From contig NIVC01002211.1 of assembly GCA_002269645.1 (NCBI GenBank), forward strand, positions 1-64,000: a DNA stretch of 64,000 bases, given 5' to 3'. The notes under the pieces were generated by a model, which had not been told where the DNA came from, ran no database searches, and worked only from the letters and a program-made list of their open reading frames with translations. This document shows, piece after piece, positions 1 to 15,500 of this stretch (its first letter is position 1; each line of letters starts with the position of its first letter). Source of the stretch: Macrostomum lignano. Taxonomy: Eukaryota. Position numbers and translations under genes: made by a program.

Positions 1-1000
1 CACAATCACCATTGTCAAACTCTCCAACCACAGACACAATCTACCATTGTCAAACTCCTCAACCACAGACACAATCTACCATTGTCAAACTCTCCAACCA
101 CAGACACAATCACCATTGTCAAACTCCTCAACCACAGACACAATCTACCATTGTCAAACTCTCCAACCACAGACACAATCCACCATTGTCAAACTCTCCA
201 ACCATAGACACAATCTACCATTGTCAAACTCTCCAACCATAGACACAATCTACCATTGTCAAACTCTCCAACCATAGACACAATCTACCATTGTCAAACT
301 CCCAACCATAGACACAATCTACCATTGTCAAACTCTCCAACCATAGACACAATCACCATTGTCAAACTCTCCAACCATAGACACAATCTACCATTGTCAA
401 ACTCTCCAACCATAGACACAATCTACCATTGTCAAACTCTCCAACCATAGACACAATCTACCATTGTCAAACTCTCCAACCACAGACACAATCTACCATT
501 GTCAAACTCCTCAACCATAGACACAATCTACCATGTCAAACTCTCCAACCATAGACACAATCTACCATTGTCAAACTCTCCAACCACAGACACAATCTAC
601 CATTGTCAAACTCTCCAACCACAGACACAATCTACCATTGTCAAACTCTCAACCACAGACACAATCTACCATTGTCAAACTCTCCAACCACAGACACAAT
701 CTACCATTGTCAAACTCTCCAACCATAGACACAATCTACCATTGTCAAACTCTCCAACCATAGACACAATCTACCATTGTCAAACTCTCCAACCATAGAC
801 ACAATCTACCATTGTCAAACTCCTCAACCACAGACACAATCTACCATTGTCAAACTCTCCAACCACAGACACAATCTACCATTGTCAAACTCCTCAACCA
901 CAGACACAATCTACCATTGTCAAACTCTCCAACCATAGACACAATCTACCATCGTCAAACTCCCAACCATAGACACAATCTACCATTGTCAAACTCCACA
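1..1000. repeat. 35-bp satellite array 1 (CATTGTCAAACTCTCCAACCATAGACACAATCTAC), open at the window start
   Basis: Tandem 35-bp monomers are directly visible; ORFs in rotating frames encode the same repeated peptides. Confidence 0.97.
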
Positions 1001-1609
1001 AGCGTTAAATGCAATCTACCATTTGGGTACGAGTAGATAAAAAGTTCCCACGAATTCCCTCTGTTTACAAAAAATGCAAAGGTAAATGTTGATGACTGGA
1101 TGAAAAGAACAGTAGAAATGGTTATCAGTAGTTATAGTTTATGACCCTAACCAAGTCAGTACTTGACAGATTGCAACGGGCGGGATTGCTGTGCGCACAG
1201 TGCAAGAGAATTGGCCTGGATTGGACAGGTGAACTCCTCTCAAACAGGCCAGACCCAGACGACAAACCACTGCTGCTCCTTGTAACACTGTCGCCTGCAC
1301 GTAGTTAAGAAAAAAATACCCAAGAAAAAACAAATTGGCAGGGGAAGCGAAGGCCACGAGGGTTGGAAGAAATCTAATGAGTCTGATTTGGGTACAGAAT
1401 TGACTAGCTCTCGGCAAGGCCCTGGATCCCAGACCGAGCAGTCGGCACAAAAAACCTATGGAATTCAAAGTTTTGAAACTCTTTACTAATAGAAGTTTCG
1501 AATAGTTTCTAATTCCCAATGAGTGAATTATCATAACGTATTTTCCAGCGGAGATATTTTTGTGTTTGCAAAGCCAAATTTGTGGAATTTCTAATTCTTA
1601 ATAACTACG

Positions 1610-2435
1610 GGGTCAATCTAGGGAGATCCTGGGACCGATCTAGGGAGATCTTGGGACCAATCTAGGGAGATCTTGGGAACAATCTAGGGAGATCTTGGGA
1701 CCAATCTAGAGAGATCTTGGGGAAGAATCTATTGAGACCTTGGGAAAAATCTATGGATATCTTGGGGAAGAATCTAGGGACATCTTCGGGAACAATCTAT
1801 GGAAATATTCGGGAACAATCTATGGGCATATTGGGGAACAATCTATGGACATCTTGGGGAACAATCTAGGGAGATCTTGGGGAACAATCTAGGGAGATCT
1901 TGGGAACAATCTATGGAGACCTTGGAAAAGAATCTAGGGAGATCTTGGGACCAATCTAGGGAGATCTTGGGACCAATCTAGAGAGAGATCTTGGGAACAA
2001 TCTATGGAGATCTTGGGAAGAATCTAGGGAGATCTTGGAACAATCTATGGACATCTTGGGAAAGAATCTAGGGACATCTTCGGGAACAATCTATGGAAAT
2101 ATTCGGGAACAATCTATGGACATATTGGGGAACAATCTATAGACATCTTGGGGAACAATCTAGGGAGATCTTGGGAACAATCTATGGAGACCTTGGAAAA
2201 GAATCTAGGGAGATCTTGGGACCAATCTAGGGAGATCTTGGGACCAATCTAGAGAGAAATCTTGGGAACAATCTAGGGAGATCTTGGGGAAGAATCTATT
2301 GAGATCTTGGGAACAATCTATGGATATCTTGGGACCAATCTCGGGAGATCTTGGGAACAATCTATGGAGATCTTGGGGAAGAATCTAGGGAGATCTTGTG
2401 AACAATCTATGGAGATCTCGGGACCAATCTACGCT
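1610..2435. repeat. Minisatellite, ~21-23-bp unit (CAATCTAGGGAGATCTTGGGA-like)
   Basis: Degenerate tandem units visible, with recurring AGATCT. Confidence 0.9.
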
Positions 2436-5400
2436 CATTGGAATTGATCTGGGGGCAGTCAATGCAGGAATATCTCGGGGAGCAATAGAGCATTATTGGG
2501 GGATCTACTCTTGGGGAGAATTTTTGGGGTCTCGGACATCTCTTTAGGGGGGCAGTCAAGAGGCACAGTCTCAGTCTTGCAGATTGTTTCTAATAAATGA
2601 ATTATAAACAGGACAAAGGGCTCTTTGTCTGTTTTATGAATGTTTATCGAACTCTTAACTATGCCGCATATCATGTTTGTCCCTGATTCGGCCCCTGTGT
2701 CCAGGGCCGCGCCCGAGCCAGCCAGCATCTACTATAAGGCGGTTGTACTTACGCGTGGCATACTCTGTATGACTTGGCGCAATGCGCTAGCTCGAATGCA
2801 TCGCATTGTATGCAGAAGACTCGGGTCATTTTTTTACCCTCTATACTAAACTATAGCTAGCCTATTGTGCCGAAAAATTCTATAAGGTTCTTCTTTACAC
2901 CCGTCACCCACTCAGCAGTGACCCCCTGGTCTGCCTGAGGCAGCACTGTACACATTGTGTACCCGACAGAGTAAATGCCCCACAATACTCCAGTTCCTTT
3001 TCTCAAGTATTGCATTCATTTTATGCCCTTCGCCTAGTCTTACCGCTCTCTGTTCTCGATTAAAGAGCTCAGGTATAGTTGAGCTGTTGCAGGCGGGAGC
3101 AGGTTTAGCTGGCCGTTCGCTCCTCTCCTCTGTCTCTCTCTCTCTTATATACTTATATATAAACTTACTTTGTATTGTAATGCTGCGACTGCTGCCAACT
3201 AACATGCTTAAACAACAATGGCGGCCCACCCATGTTGGAGAGTCGCCTCGTTGCTGCAGGGTAAACAATAGATCACCTTGAGTCCATGCGTATCTGCCTG
3301 CCTGTCTTCTATATGTCTTAGATGGGATATAAGCTTCTATTACTTGCCCGATTGCTTTTTTACAGGCACCGATTCAGACTGTATGAATAGGGGTAGCTCA
3401 GAAGGGTCCAGTTCGCACACAGGTATAACAGAGAAAATAATAGGGTGAATAAGCAGGCAGGTGGTAAGAGACCACAGGGCCACACCAAAAATACGGTAAT
3501 GGCGTTTGCCACTTAATTCATGAGAGCACCAAACCAGGTCTCTCTCTCTATTCAGTTTCTATTCTCAATAACTAAACCGACAGTAAGAGAGGCAGAGATA
3601 AATAGCGATAGACACACACGGTGCGTACAACAGTTCCTAAAGCTTTGAGTTCAAAGCTCCCCCAAAAACCAGCCTTGGCAACTCCAGGCTGTCTCTACTA
3701 CTCTGCATTTCTTAACTGTGTGTGCATTTTTTCTGCATATCAGAAGAAGCAGAGACACAGAGACAGAGAGAGGGTTTGTGGCGCATCTGATAGCGGAGCC
3801 AAGCTAAAAAAAACAGGACTCAAAACATTTGATAACGCTAACCGTTTGATCCTTTGTTGAGGCTTTTTTAAATGGCCTCTTATCAGGCAGTAGTAGTAGC
3901 TTCAGTGGAGAGCTCGTCACGATACAAGAGAATTCAAAACCTGCATGCTCAACTGACGACAATGATGTTGCTATGCATAGAAGACCGAGTGCCAAAATGC
4001 CTAATTAATAATCTGAATTCGGTAAGGTGTGGATGCGAGATAAAGAGCAAAGACTTGAATGAGGGAAGCTGAGTCAGCGCCTCATCATTCTTCGGGGATT
4101 ATAGCTGACCTCGCACAGGTTGCTTGCTGACGGGGTTAAAAAGGGGTCGAAAATCCTCAGTGTAATCGCTGAACTGGAAAATCGGGCTTATTTATCTTAC
4201 CAGAAAAAGCGGTTCTTCGGGTCAACGGATGCGCGCGCTGGCCGCTAGTATTAACAAATATGTGTCTTCTAAAAACTTTTTTTTCCGATACAAAGACCTC
4301 AGATCTATAGATATTTTATTTGTCATTAGATATGACTTCAACTCCATTTTGGCTTCGTTGCAAACCTCAAAGAACTCGAGAACTTCACCGACGATGTTCA
4401 CCGACGATAAGCGTCGACGTAGTTGACACGGTGCAGAAAGACGTCTCGGAAATCGTGGGAACGCCATGACTTCGTTCCCCCTCTCGTAGTTGGTTTGGTA
4501 TTAGGAAGCCCCACTCAGTTGTTCCGCTATTGACAAATCCAGATTACAGATCGGGGAAAGACTCAATACTTACATATTAGCTAATTAATCCATTTGTCAA
4601 CACCGGACAATGGTTGTAATCCCACTACTCAGAAAATTGAATTGGGTTTCCTCGCTGCAGCGTGAAAAGTTGGTTAGCAAATAGAATGGCAAAAATCGGT
4701 TCTCAATCACTATGCAAACATCGAATCGAATCCCTCCTCCTGGGGGTCCAGGTGTCCCAGGTCGCACAGAGTTGTACACAAATGGATTTCGATGAGACAC
4801 TGAGTCACATCAACTGACTTGAATATATCACACTCACACACGCACCGACAGCGTGAGGGGAGGGGTGTAAGAAGGGGGGCAGGGAGACCCGCAGACGGTC
4901 TTCAGTTTCTGATTGCGCAATCGGCTATATCAATCAGTCAGTCCAGTCCAGGCCATACCAGCCCGCATATACCGCCACTTTTTTGTCGGGTTTCGTCCTG
5001 CTGCGCAGTGGACATATACGCTCGTATGTGTATGGAAAATGCATCCGGCTGGAACTCCGCGACGCGGTTGGCCACTCCATGCAGTCCATCGGTGAGTCTG
5101 CAATTCTGGGCTTGAAGCCCCGCGCTGGCGTCGACTACTTGTTCCTCCCGAGGGGGAGCCGAGTCATAGGAAGCGTTATCACCTACCAGATTCGGTTCCG
5201 AAATCCCCTCGGGCTAATGCCTAGATTAGACCCTGCTAATCCCGCAAGGTGCGATTAAAATCAGTAGCTATAATCATTCGTTCCTCGAGCCTACGAGACT
5301 ATCATCCATCGTCTTAATAAATCTCTTTGACACCAGATAGATCCGTCTGTGATGGTGTTGGTTTCTAATAAAGACTTTTTGCTAAGGTCTTTGTTCGTTG

Positions 5401-6007
5401 TTTTTAGGGCTATAGCAGGATTTCAAACAGTCTGAAAGCATTCAATCTCCCACATCCTAAGCCGGCGATCATGGATGATGTAATCCGGCAATGACCAAGC
5501 CTGTGCTGGCCTACTGAGATTTCACACGCAGCCCCGACATTGCCTCATTAAATATTCATTCTCTGTTGCCCAACTGATTGATGCGGACCTGCTGCTGCTG
5601 GGTGTCCAGCTTGCAATCTACATGTCTCTCGTTTTCACTTCCATATGGTCAGCTTTTGGGTGGAATTTGGCTATCGATTTGATAGAGGTGACCGGTTTCA
5701 TTAGACGACTTAAGTAGAGCTGAATTTTTTGAAGACCCGTTTCCTACTGAAGTCGTCCTTGGACAGACAATTGACGTACATCTCAAGGTAGAGAATGAGC
5801 TTACATTGCAGGATATAGAATAAAAGATAGATACCGACAAACCATTTTTAATATATTGGAAGTACATTGCATTTAGAGTAAATAATGTAGCTCGTATATA
5901 CATGTAAGGACGTACATAAAGGACGTCTACCTAAATTCTGCGGCGTCCACCATACCACCACACTCGGTAATCTAAAAGCCACATCACCTGCGATTTACCT
6001 CCCGCAG

Positions 6008-7851
6008 AAGCGGTCTGGAGCTCCGACTTGGACTTCGCCATTCGACCAACCGTCCGGTCTAGCAACCCCGTCTCTGGCGAGGCGTTCAACCTGGCTCTGG
6101 CGCTCTCCATCCTGCTCATTCGGTATCCGACCGTGTTCTGGTACACCAATCGGCTCTTTGCCTTCCTGCTGTCCATGGTCCTCTGCGTCGCCAGCCTGCA
6201 CGTCCTGTTGGCTTACGAAGCCTCCTCGGTCCTCTACAAAGCCGCAGTTGTCGAGCCCGCAATCGCCGCCCAGGTCGGCCTGGCGCCAGCCGCCGTCCTG
6301 GGCCTCCTGACGGCTGGCGACCTGCTGCTGTTGATATCGGCTACTGCCTACTTCGAGTTCGGCTACGCCCAGGTCCTAGCCAGCCTGCGCAGGTATCGGC
6401 ACCTGCTGATTGCCGAGTCCGCCTCCAGCTGCTGCGGCAGCGACAGATCCTACAGCAGTTGCGCAGCCGCGGCTGCTACCGCCGACGCCGGACCCTGCTG
6501 GCTGACGCACGCGCCGCACCTGTCAGGCGGCCTGCTAACCCTAGCGGCCGTGCTGTGCAAGGCGCCGCTAGTCTGGGCCTGGATCTCCGTCTACCGAACC
6601 AGCCGCCACCCGCTGCTGCTGCTGGCCACCGTCTCCGCCGTTGCCTACGCCGCCGTCTGGTTGGCCGTCTGGCTGGCCTTGTGCCTGCGCTCGCGCTGGC
6701 GGTTCCGGGTTCGACTCGACTCCGGTGGCGGGGGCGGCGGCGGAGGCAGAGGAGGCGTTTATCCGATGCGGCAGGCGACCGGCCAGGGCGCCGGTTCGAA
6801 GCGCGGCTCCCACGGGGGCTCGCAGCTGTCTGACTCGGAGGCCGTCAGCCAGAACAACCAGTACATGTACATGCAGCGGCTGGCCGACTGTCAGGCCGGC
6901 CTCATCCCGACTATCTCAGAGCAGGTCGACAACGTCAGCGAAGGCTCCTACAGCGGCGTCGGTAACGGAGGCGGCGGAAACGGCAGCAGCCACGGCGGCA
7001 CTCTGGACCGCGACAGGCAGAGCGGCTTGGTAAAGTACCAGGTCCGGCGGAACTCGGCCCAGATTGCCGGCAGCCAGGCGGGCAGCCTGCGGCGCGGGCC
7101 CGACCGTGTAACCTTCAAGGATCCGCACCATCAGGAGCTGCAGCAGCAGCAGCAGCAGCAACAGCAACAGCAACAACAGCAGCCCAGCTCGCCAGGCTCG
7201 AGTCAGAACACTTCCTCAGACAGCGGAGTCGGCGGGCACCATCATCATCACCATCATCAGCACTGCGGCGGCGTGCCGGACGAATATGCCCAGGTAGCCA
7301 AGGCTGCCCGACAGTGCAGCTTCGACGAGTACCAGATGTACGCCGACGCCCGCCTGGCTGGCGAGTTCTTCCAGGAGCCGCCGTACGTTTCGCACGCCGA
7401 TTTGTACAGCCGCGTTCCCCCCGTGCTGCCGCCGCCGCCGACCCACCGGAGCGGCGGAATTGAGGCGTCGGCAACGGCCGGACCAGCCATGATGGCCGCG
7501 TCAGCCTCATCGGCGGTGGTCGGTTACATTGGCACCGGCGGGGTGAGCACCTTCGGCAGGTCAACCGGCGCCACCCTCGTCGTTGGCAGCCGTCAAGACG
7601 GGGAGCGCGTGCCGGACATCCTCATCAACCGGAGCCCCTACGGCAGCCTGGCCCGGTCCAAGCCGACGCCGGCCGCCGGCGGAGTCGCCTCGGCGGCCGC
7701 TTCGATGGCCGCCGCCGCCGCCGCGGCCCGCCAGCTTGGCGCCGTCGGTGACCTGCACCAGCATGGCGGCTCATTCGGCTCGCTGCCGCCGCCGCCGCCT
7801 GAGCTCGACAATCAGCCGCAGCACGTGGACGGACTGTGCAGCCAGGTGTGA
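6008..7851 (+). CDS. tinc: Tincar-like multi-pass membrane protein, last coding exon; upstream exons not located
   Basis: 607-aa GC-rich ORF entered through acceptor cctcccgcag|AA at 6007/6008. Motifs EAFNLALA..RYPTVFWYTN..FA..S..Y..LYK and APH..KAPL..VWLAVWLAL..RWRF match Drosophila tincar as recalled. Several hydrophobic helices are followed by a low-complexity poly-G/Q/H/P/A tail; stop TGA at 7849-7851. Confidence 0.85.
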
Positions 7852-9511
7852 GTGCGACGACAGTCGAGTTTAGCTGAAATCGGCCTTCAAATTTTGATTG
7901 GCTCAGTCAGTTTTAGGATTGAAAGGGTAATAGGTTTTTAAAATCACCAGAAAAAAACAATATTGAAGGCTGATTACAAATTGATCATTTCTAAAATTTA
8001 AAACCTCTTTTTTGATGTAGTTGTAACAAATAGTAACAAATAGTAATGGAATTCGGCGAAATATGAGTGCATAATTCAGACTAAGTATAGTTACGAAATA
8101 TAGAATATTACCAGATATACTCAAGTCCTCTTGTATTAATTAAAAATAATAAGAAATAGATTTTTGCACTAAAACCTGCAATCCTTAATGACTTTATTTT
8201 CAATGCGCGGTCAGCATCTAACTACCCTTTAGTCCAAAATTTCTGTCAGAAATCTCATAATCGTTATAAGTTATAACAAAGTATATGCGTGGTGTTGATC
8301 TGTTTCATAAAACAACTTGCAGAGTTTTTATTATATTAAACATTTTAATACATATTAAGAAAATGTCGTTTGATTTATACATGCGCGTCAGGCGCTGATA
8401 ATTTAATTTATTTAGTTATTACAAGTTTTCACCAACCAATTACTACATGTGCCTACCTCCAGTCTTTCATTAAATTTGTCTCCTACCCACACATGCGCGC
8501 TGGTTCTCAAGACGAAGAACAACATTAACATATATATAAACAAAGCAAATGTCGCATGAGCTAAAAAATTGTATAAAAATTAAATCCTTATATTATTCAC
8601 AAAAACTGTCATTTGTGTACACTATAGGCGATCAGTTTGTACACCTTATTCTTCTGTAATTAGTTTTAAATTCATACTACAATACTATAGCTACGCTAAA
8701 TGTATCATTTTTCTTCCTTATATAGCGAGTCTGAATCCATAGCAATTTTAATCCTAGTTTTTGTCATTAATAACTTTTTAAACTTGAATTTTACTGAGGC
8801 TGGAATATAACTTTAATTACCACGTACTTTTGTTTGTACAAACACACTTGCTTTGTTATTTACTTTTAGTTAAACAAAAATATATTCTTTGTTTTGCTTA
8901 AACTCGGAACGTTTATTGTTTGAATGAACTGTAAAATCGCGCGATCTTTAATAGAAATAGAACTTTTCTATTCTATTGACAAATAATTTGCCTTCTTTAT
9001 TTTATTCTGAAGTCGGATTACATTTAAATTCATTATACGATAAAAAGAATACATCGATCACACCGATCGAAGAAACTAGAACCGTGTTTCCTTCTTTGCT
9101 GCATGCAAAAATTGCGACACTTTTCTGGGCTGGCTGCGACCCTGCAGAACCACCGCGTTAGGCGCGGGTGTCGAACATCGCAGCGATTCGAAAGAAATGT
9201 CAACTAAAATAGGAGTATTTTAGCCGTAGCTACAGCAAAACGGCAGAGAGATAGGGAAGAGACGAAAGCCAGCTGCCCCCCAAATCTTCTTTTGTTTTTC
9301 TTTCGATTTGCAATCTTTTTTCAGTCTGTCTGTCTATGCTTTTCTCCATTCGCGTCTTTTTGCACCGTAACTGCAGCTGGGGCGACATAAATTTATACTT
9401 CTTTAGCCTCGGAGGTGTTGGCAGCATGTACTTCTGCCTAAAACGCTTTCTTCACCTTAGATTTACACTGTTGGCGCAGCTGTTCGGTCGCGAAAAAACT
9501 GTTATAATGAG

Positions 9512-12500
9512 CCAAACTCTCCAACCACAGACACAGTCAACCATTTGGTTTGAAAGGTTTGACCATTGTCAAACTCTACAACAATAGACAAAATCCACCA
9601 TTGTCGAACTCCTCAACCACAGACACAATCTACCATTGTCAAACTCTCCAACCATAGACACAATCTACCATTGTCAAACTCTCCAACCATAGACACGATC
9701 TACACGATCTACCATTGTCAAACTCCTCAACCACAGACACGATCTACACAATCTACCATTGTCAAACTCCTCAACCACAGACACGATCTACACAATCTAC
9801 CATTGTCAAACTCTCCAACCACAGACACAATCCACCATTGTCAAACTCTCCAACCACAGACACAATCCACCATTGTCAAACTCCTCAACCACAGACACAA
9901 TCTACCATTGTCAAACTCTCCAACCACAGACACAATCCACCATTGTCAAACTCTCCAACCACAGACACAATCCACCATTGTCAAACTCTCCAACCACAGA
10001 CACAGTCAACCATTTGGTTTGAAAGGTTTGGCCATTGTCAAACTCTACAACAATAGACAAAATCCACCATTGTCGAACTCCTCAACCACAGACACAATCT
10101 ACCATTGTCAAACTCTCCAACCGTAGACACAATCTACCATTGTCAAACTCTCCAACCATAGACACGATCTACACAATCTACCATTGTCAAACTCTCCAAC
10201 CATAGACACGATCTACCATTGTCAAACTCCTCAACCACAGACACGATCTACACAATCTACCATTGTCAAACTCTCCAACCACAGACACAATCCGCCATTG
10301 TCAAACTCTCCAACCACAGACACAATCCACCATTGTCAAACTCCTCAACCACAGACACAATCTACCATTGTCAAACTCTCCAACCACAGACACAATCCAC
10401 CATTGTCAAACTCTCCAACCACAGACACAATCCACCATTGTCAAACTCTCCAACCACAGACACAGTCAACCATTTGGTTTGAAAGGTTTGACCATTGTCA
10501 AACTCTACAACAATAGACAAAATCCACCATTGTCGAACTCCTCAACCACAGACACAATCTACCATTGTCAAACTCTCCAACCAAAGACACAATCTACCAT
10601 TGTCAAACTCTCCAACCATAGACACGATCTACACAATCTACCATTGTCAAACTCTCCAACCATAGACACGATCTACCATTGTCAAACTCCTCAACCACAG
10701 ACACGATCTACACAATCTACCATTGTCAAACTCCTCAACCACAGACACGATCTACACAATCTACCATTGTCAAACTCTCCAACCACAGACACAATCCACC
10801 ATTGTCAAACTCTCCAACCACAGACACAATCCACCATTGTCAAACTCCTCAACCACAGACACAATCTACCATTGTCAAACTCTCCAACCACAGACACAAT
10901 CCACCATTGTCAAACTCTCCAACCACAGACACAATCCACCATTGTCAAACTCTCCAACCACAGACACAATCCACCATTGTCAAACTCCTCAACCACAGAC
11001 ACAATCTACCATTGTCAAACTCTCCAACCATAGACACAATCTACCATTGTCAAACTCCCCAACCACAGACCCAATCCACCATTGTCAAACTCCTTAACCA
11101 CAGACACAATCTACCATTGTCAAACTCTCCAACCATAGACACAATCCACCATTGTCAAACTCTCCAACCACAGACACAATCTACCATTGTCAAACTCTCC
11201 AACCATAGACACAATCCACCATTGTCAAACTCCCAACCATAGACACAATCCACCATTGTCAAACTCCTCAACCACAGAAACAATCCACCATTGTCAAACT
11301 ATCCAACCATAGACACAATCTACCATTGTCAAACTCCTCAACCACAGACACGATCTACACAATCTACCATTGTCAAACTCCTCAACCACAGACACGATCT
11401 ACACAATCTACCATTGTCAAACTCTCCAACCACAGACACAATCCACCATTGTCAAACTCTCCAACCACAGACACAATCCACCATTGTCAAACTCCTCAAC
11501 CACAGACACAATCTACCATTGTCAAACTCTCCAACCACAGACACAATCCACCATTGTCAAACTCTCCAACCACAGACACAATCCACCATTGTCAAACTCT
11601 CCAACCACAGACACAGTCAACCATTTGGTTTGAAAGGTTTGACCATTGTCAAACTCTACAACAATAGACAAAATCCACCATTGTCGAACTCCTCAACCAC
11701 AGACACAATCTACCATTGTCAAACTCTCCAACCAAAGACACAATCTACCATTGTCAAACTCTCCAACCATAGACACGATCTACACAATCTACCATTGTCA
11801 AACTCTCCAACCATAGACACGATCTACCATTGTCAAACTCCTCAACCACAGACACGATCTACACAATCTACCATTGTCAAACTCTCCAACCACAGACACA
11901 ATCCGCCATTGTCAAACTCTCCAACCACAGACACAATCCACCATTGTCAAACTCCTCAACCACAGACACAATCTACCATTGTCAAACTCTCCAACCACAG
12001 ACACAATCCACCATTGTCAAACTCTCCAACCACAGACACAATCCACCATTGTCAAACTCTCCAACCACAGACACAGTCAACCATTTGGTTTGAAAGGTTT
12101 GACCATTGTCAAACTCTACAACAATAGACAAAATCCACCATTGTCGAACTCCTCAACCACAGACACAATCTACCATTGTCAAACTCTCCAACCAAAGACA
12201 CAATCTACCATTGTCAAACTCTCCAACCATAGACACGATCTACACAATCTACCATTGTCAAACTCTCCAACCATAGACACGATCTACCATTGTCAAACTC
12301 CTCAACCACAGACACGATCTACACAATCTACCATTGTCAAACTCCTCAACCACAGACACGATCTACACAATCTACCATTGTCAAACTCTCCAACCACAGA
12401 CACAATCCACCATTGTCAAACTCTCCAACCACAGACACAATCCACCATTGTCAAACTCCTCAACCACAGACACAATCTACCATTGTCAAACTCTCCAACC

Positions 12501-15500
12501 ACAGACACAATCCACCATTGTCAAACTCTCCAACCACAGACACAATCCACCATTGTCAAACTCTCCAACCACAGACACAATCCACCATTGTCAAACTCCT
12601 CAACCACAGACACAATCTACCATTGTCAAACTCTCCAACCATAGACACAATCTACCATTGTCAAACTCCCCAACCACAGACCCAATCCACCATTGTCAAA
12701 CTCCTTAACCACAGACACAATCTACCATTGTCAAACTCTCCAACCATAGACACAATCCACCATTGTCAAACTCTCCAACCACAGACACAATCTACCATTG
12801 TCAAACTCTCCAACCATAGACACAATCCACCATTGTCAAACTCCCAACCATAGACACAATCCACCATTGTCAAACTCCTCAACCACAGAAACAATCCACC
12901 ATTGTCAAACTATCCAACCATAGACACAATCTACCATTGTCAAACTCCTCAACCACAGACACGATCTACACAATCTACCATTGTCAAACTCCTCAACCAC
13001 AGACACGATCTACACAATCTACCATTGTCAAACTCTCCAACCACAGACACAATCCACCATTGTCAAACTCTCCAACCACAGACACAATCCACCATTGTCA
13101 AACTCCTCAACCACAGACACAATCTACCATTGTCAAACTCTCCAACCACAGACACAATCCACCATTGTCAAACTCTCCAACCACAGACACAATCCACCAT
13201 TGTCAAACTCTCCAACCACAGACACAGTCAACCATTTGGTTTGAAAGGTTTGACCATTGTCAAACTCTACAACAATAGACAAAATCCACCATTGTCGAAC
13301 TCCTCAACCACAGACACAATCTACCATTGTCAAACTCTCCAACCAAAGACACAATCTACCATTGTCAAACTCTCCAACCATAGACACGATCTACACAATC
13401 TACCATTGTCAAACTCTCCAACCATAGACACGATCTACCATTGTCAAACTCCTCAACCACAGACACGATCTACATAATCTACCATTGTCAAACTCCTCAA
13501 CCACAGACACGATCTACACAATCTACCATTGTCAAACTCTCCAACCACAGACACAATCCACCATTGTCAAACTCTCCAACCACAGACACAATCCACCATT
13601 GTCAAACTCCTCAACCACAGACACAATCTACCATTGTCAAACTCTCCAACCACAGACACAATCCACCATTGTCAAACTCTCCAACCACAGACACAATCCA
13701 CCATTGTCAAACTCTCCAACCACAGACACAATCCACCATTGTCAAACTCCTCAACCACAGACACAATCTACCATTGTCAAACTCTCCAACCATAGACACA
13801 ATCTACCATTGTCAAACTCCCCAACCACAGACCCAATCCACCATTGTCAAACTCCTTAACCACAGACACAATCTACCATTGTCAAACTCTCCAACCATAG
13901 ACACAATCCACCATTGTCAAACTCTCCAACCACAGACACAATCTACCATTGTCAAACTCTCCAACCATAGACACAATCCACCATTGTCAAACTCCCAACC
14001 ATAGACACAATCCACCATTGTCAAACTCCTCAACCACAGAAACAATCTACCATTGTCAAACTCTCCAACCATAGACACAATCTACCATTGTCAAACTCCT
14101 CAACCACAGACACAATCTACCATTGTCAAACTCCTCAACCACAGACACAATCTACCATTGTCAAACTCTCCAACCATAGACACAATCTACCATTGTCAAA
14201 CTCCCAACCATAGACACAATCTACCATTGTCAAACTCTCCAACCATAGACACAATCTACCATTGTCAAACTCCTCAACCACAGACACAATCTACCATTGT
14301 CAAACTCTCCAACCATAGACACAATCTACCATTGTCAAACTCCCCAACTACAGGCACAATCTACTATTGTCAAACTCTCCAACCATAGACACAATCTACC
14401 ATTGTCAAACTCTCCAACCACAGACACAATCTACCATTGTCAAACTCTCCAACCATAGACACAATCTACCATTGTCAAACTCCTCAACCACAGACACGAT
14501 CTACACAATCTACCATTGTCAAACTCCTCAACCACAGACACGATCTACACAATCTACCATTGTCAAACTCTCCAACCACAGACACAATCCGCCATTGTCA
14601 AACTCTCCAACCACAGACACAATCCACCATTGTCAAACTCTCCAACCATAGACACAATCTACCATTGTCAAACTCTCCAACCACAGACACAATCCACCAT
14701 TGTCAAACTCTCCAACCACAGACACAATCTACCATTGTCAAACTCCCCAACCACAGACCCAATCCACCATTGTCAAACTCCTTAACCACAGACACAATCT
14801 ACCATTGTCAAACTCTCCAACCATAGACACAATCCACCATTGTCAAACTCTCCAACCACAGACACAATCTACCATTGTCAAACTCTCCAACCATAGACAC
14901 AATCCACCATTGTCAAACTCTCCAACCACAGACACAATCCACCATTGTCAAACTCCTCAACCACAGACACAATCTACCATTGTCAAACTCTCCAACCACA
15001 GACACAATCCACCATTGTCAAACTCTCCAACCACAGACACAATCCACCATTGTCAAACTCTCCAACCACAGACACAGTCAACCATTTGGTTTGAAAGGTT
15101 TGACCATTGTCAAACTCTACAACAATAGACAAAATCCACCATTGTCGAACTCCTCAACCACAGACACAATCTACCATTGTCAAACTCTCCAACCAAAGAC
15201 ACAATCTACCATTGTCAAACTCTCCAACCATAGACACGATCTACACAATCTACCATTGTCAAACTCTCCAACCATAGACACGATCTACCATTGTCAAACT
15301 CCTCAACCACAGACACGATCTACACAATCTACCATTGTCAAACTCCTCAACCACAGACACGATCTACACAATCTACCATTGTCAAACTCTCCAACCACAG
15401 ACACAATCCACCATTGTCAAACTCTCCAACCACAGACACAATCCACCATTGTCAAACTCCTCAACCACAGACACAATCTACCATTGTCAAACTCTCCAAC

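Noticed and set aside
5140-5260. Possible HDV-like ribozyme (CCCGAGGGG/CCCCTCGGG stem, GCTAAT word)
   Set aside because: P1/P3 pseudoknot pairings could not be built; only a simple stem is supported.
6459-7873. Alternative-frame and antisense ORFs over the tincar exon (likewise over the sHSP, MITF and C2 exons)
   Set aside because: Shadow ORFs expected in GC-rich coding DNA; no recognisable motifs.
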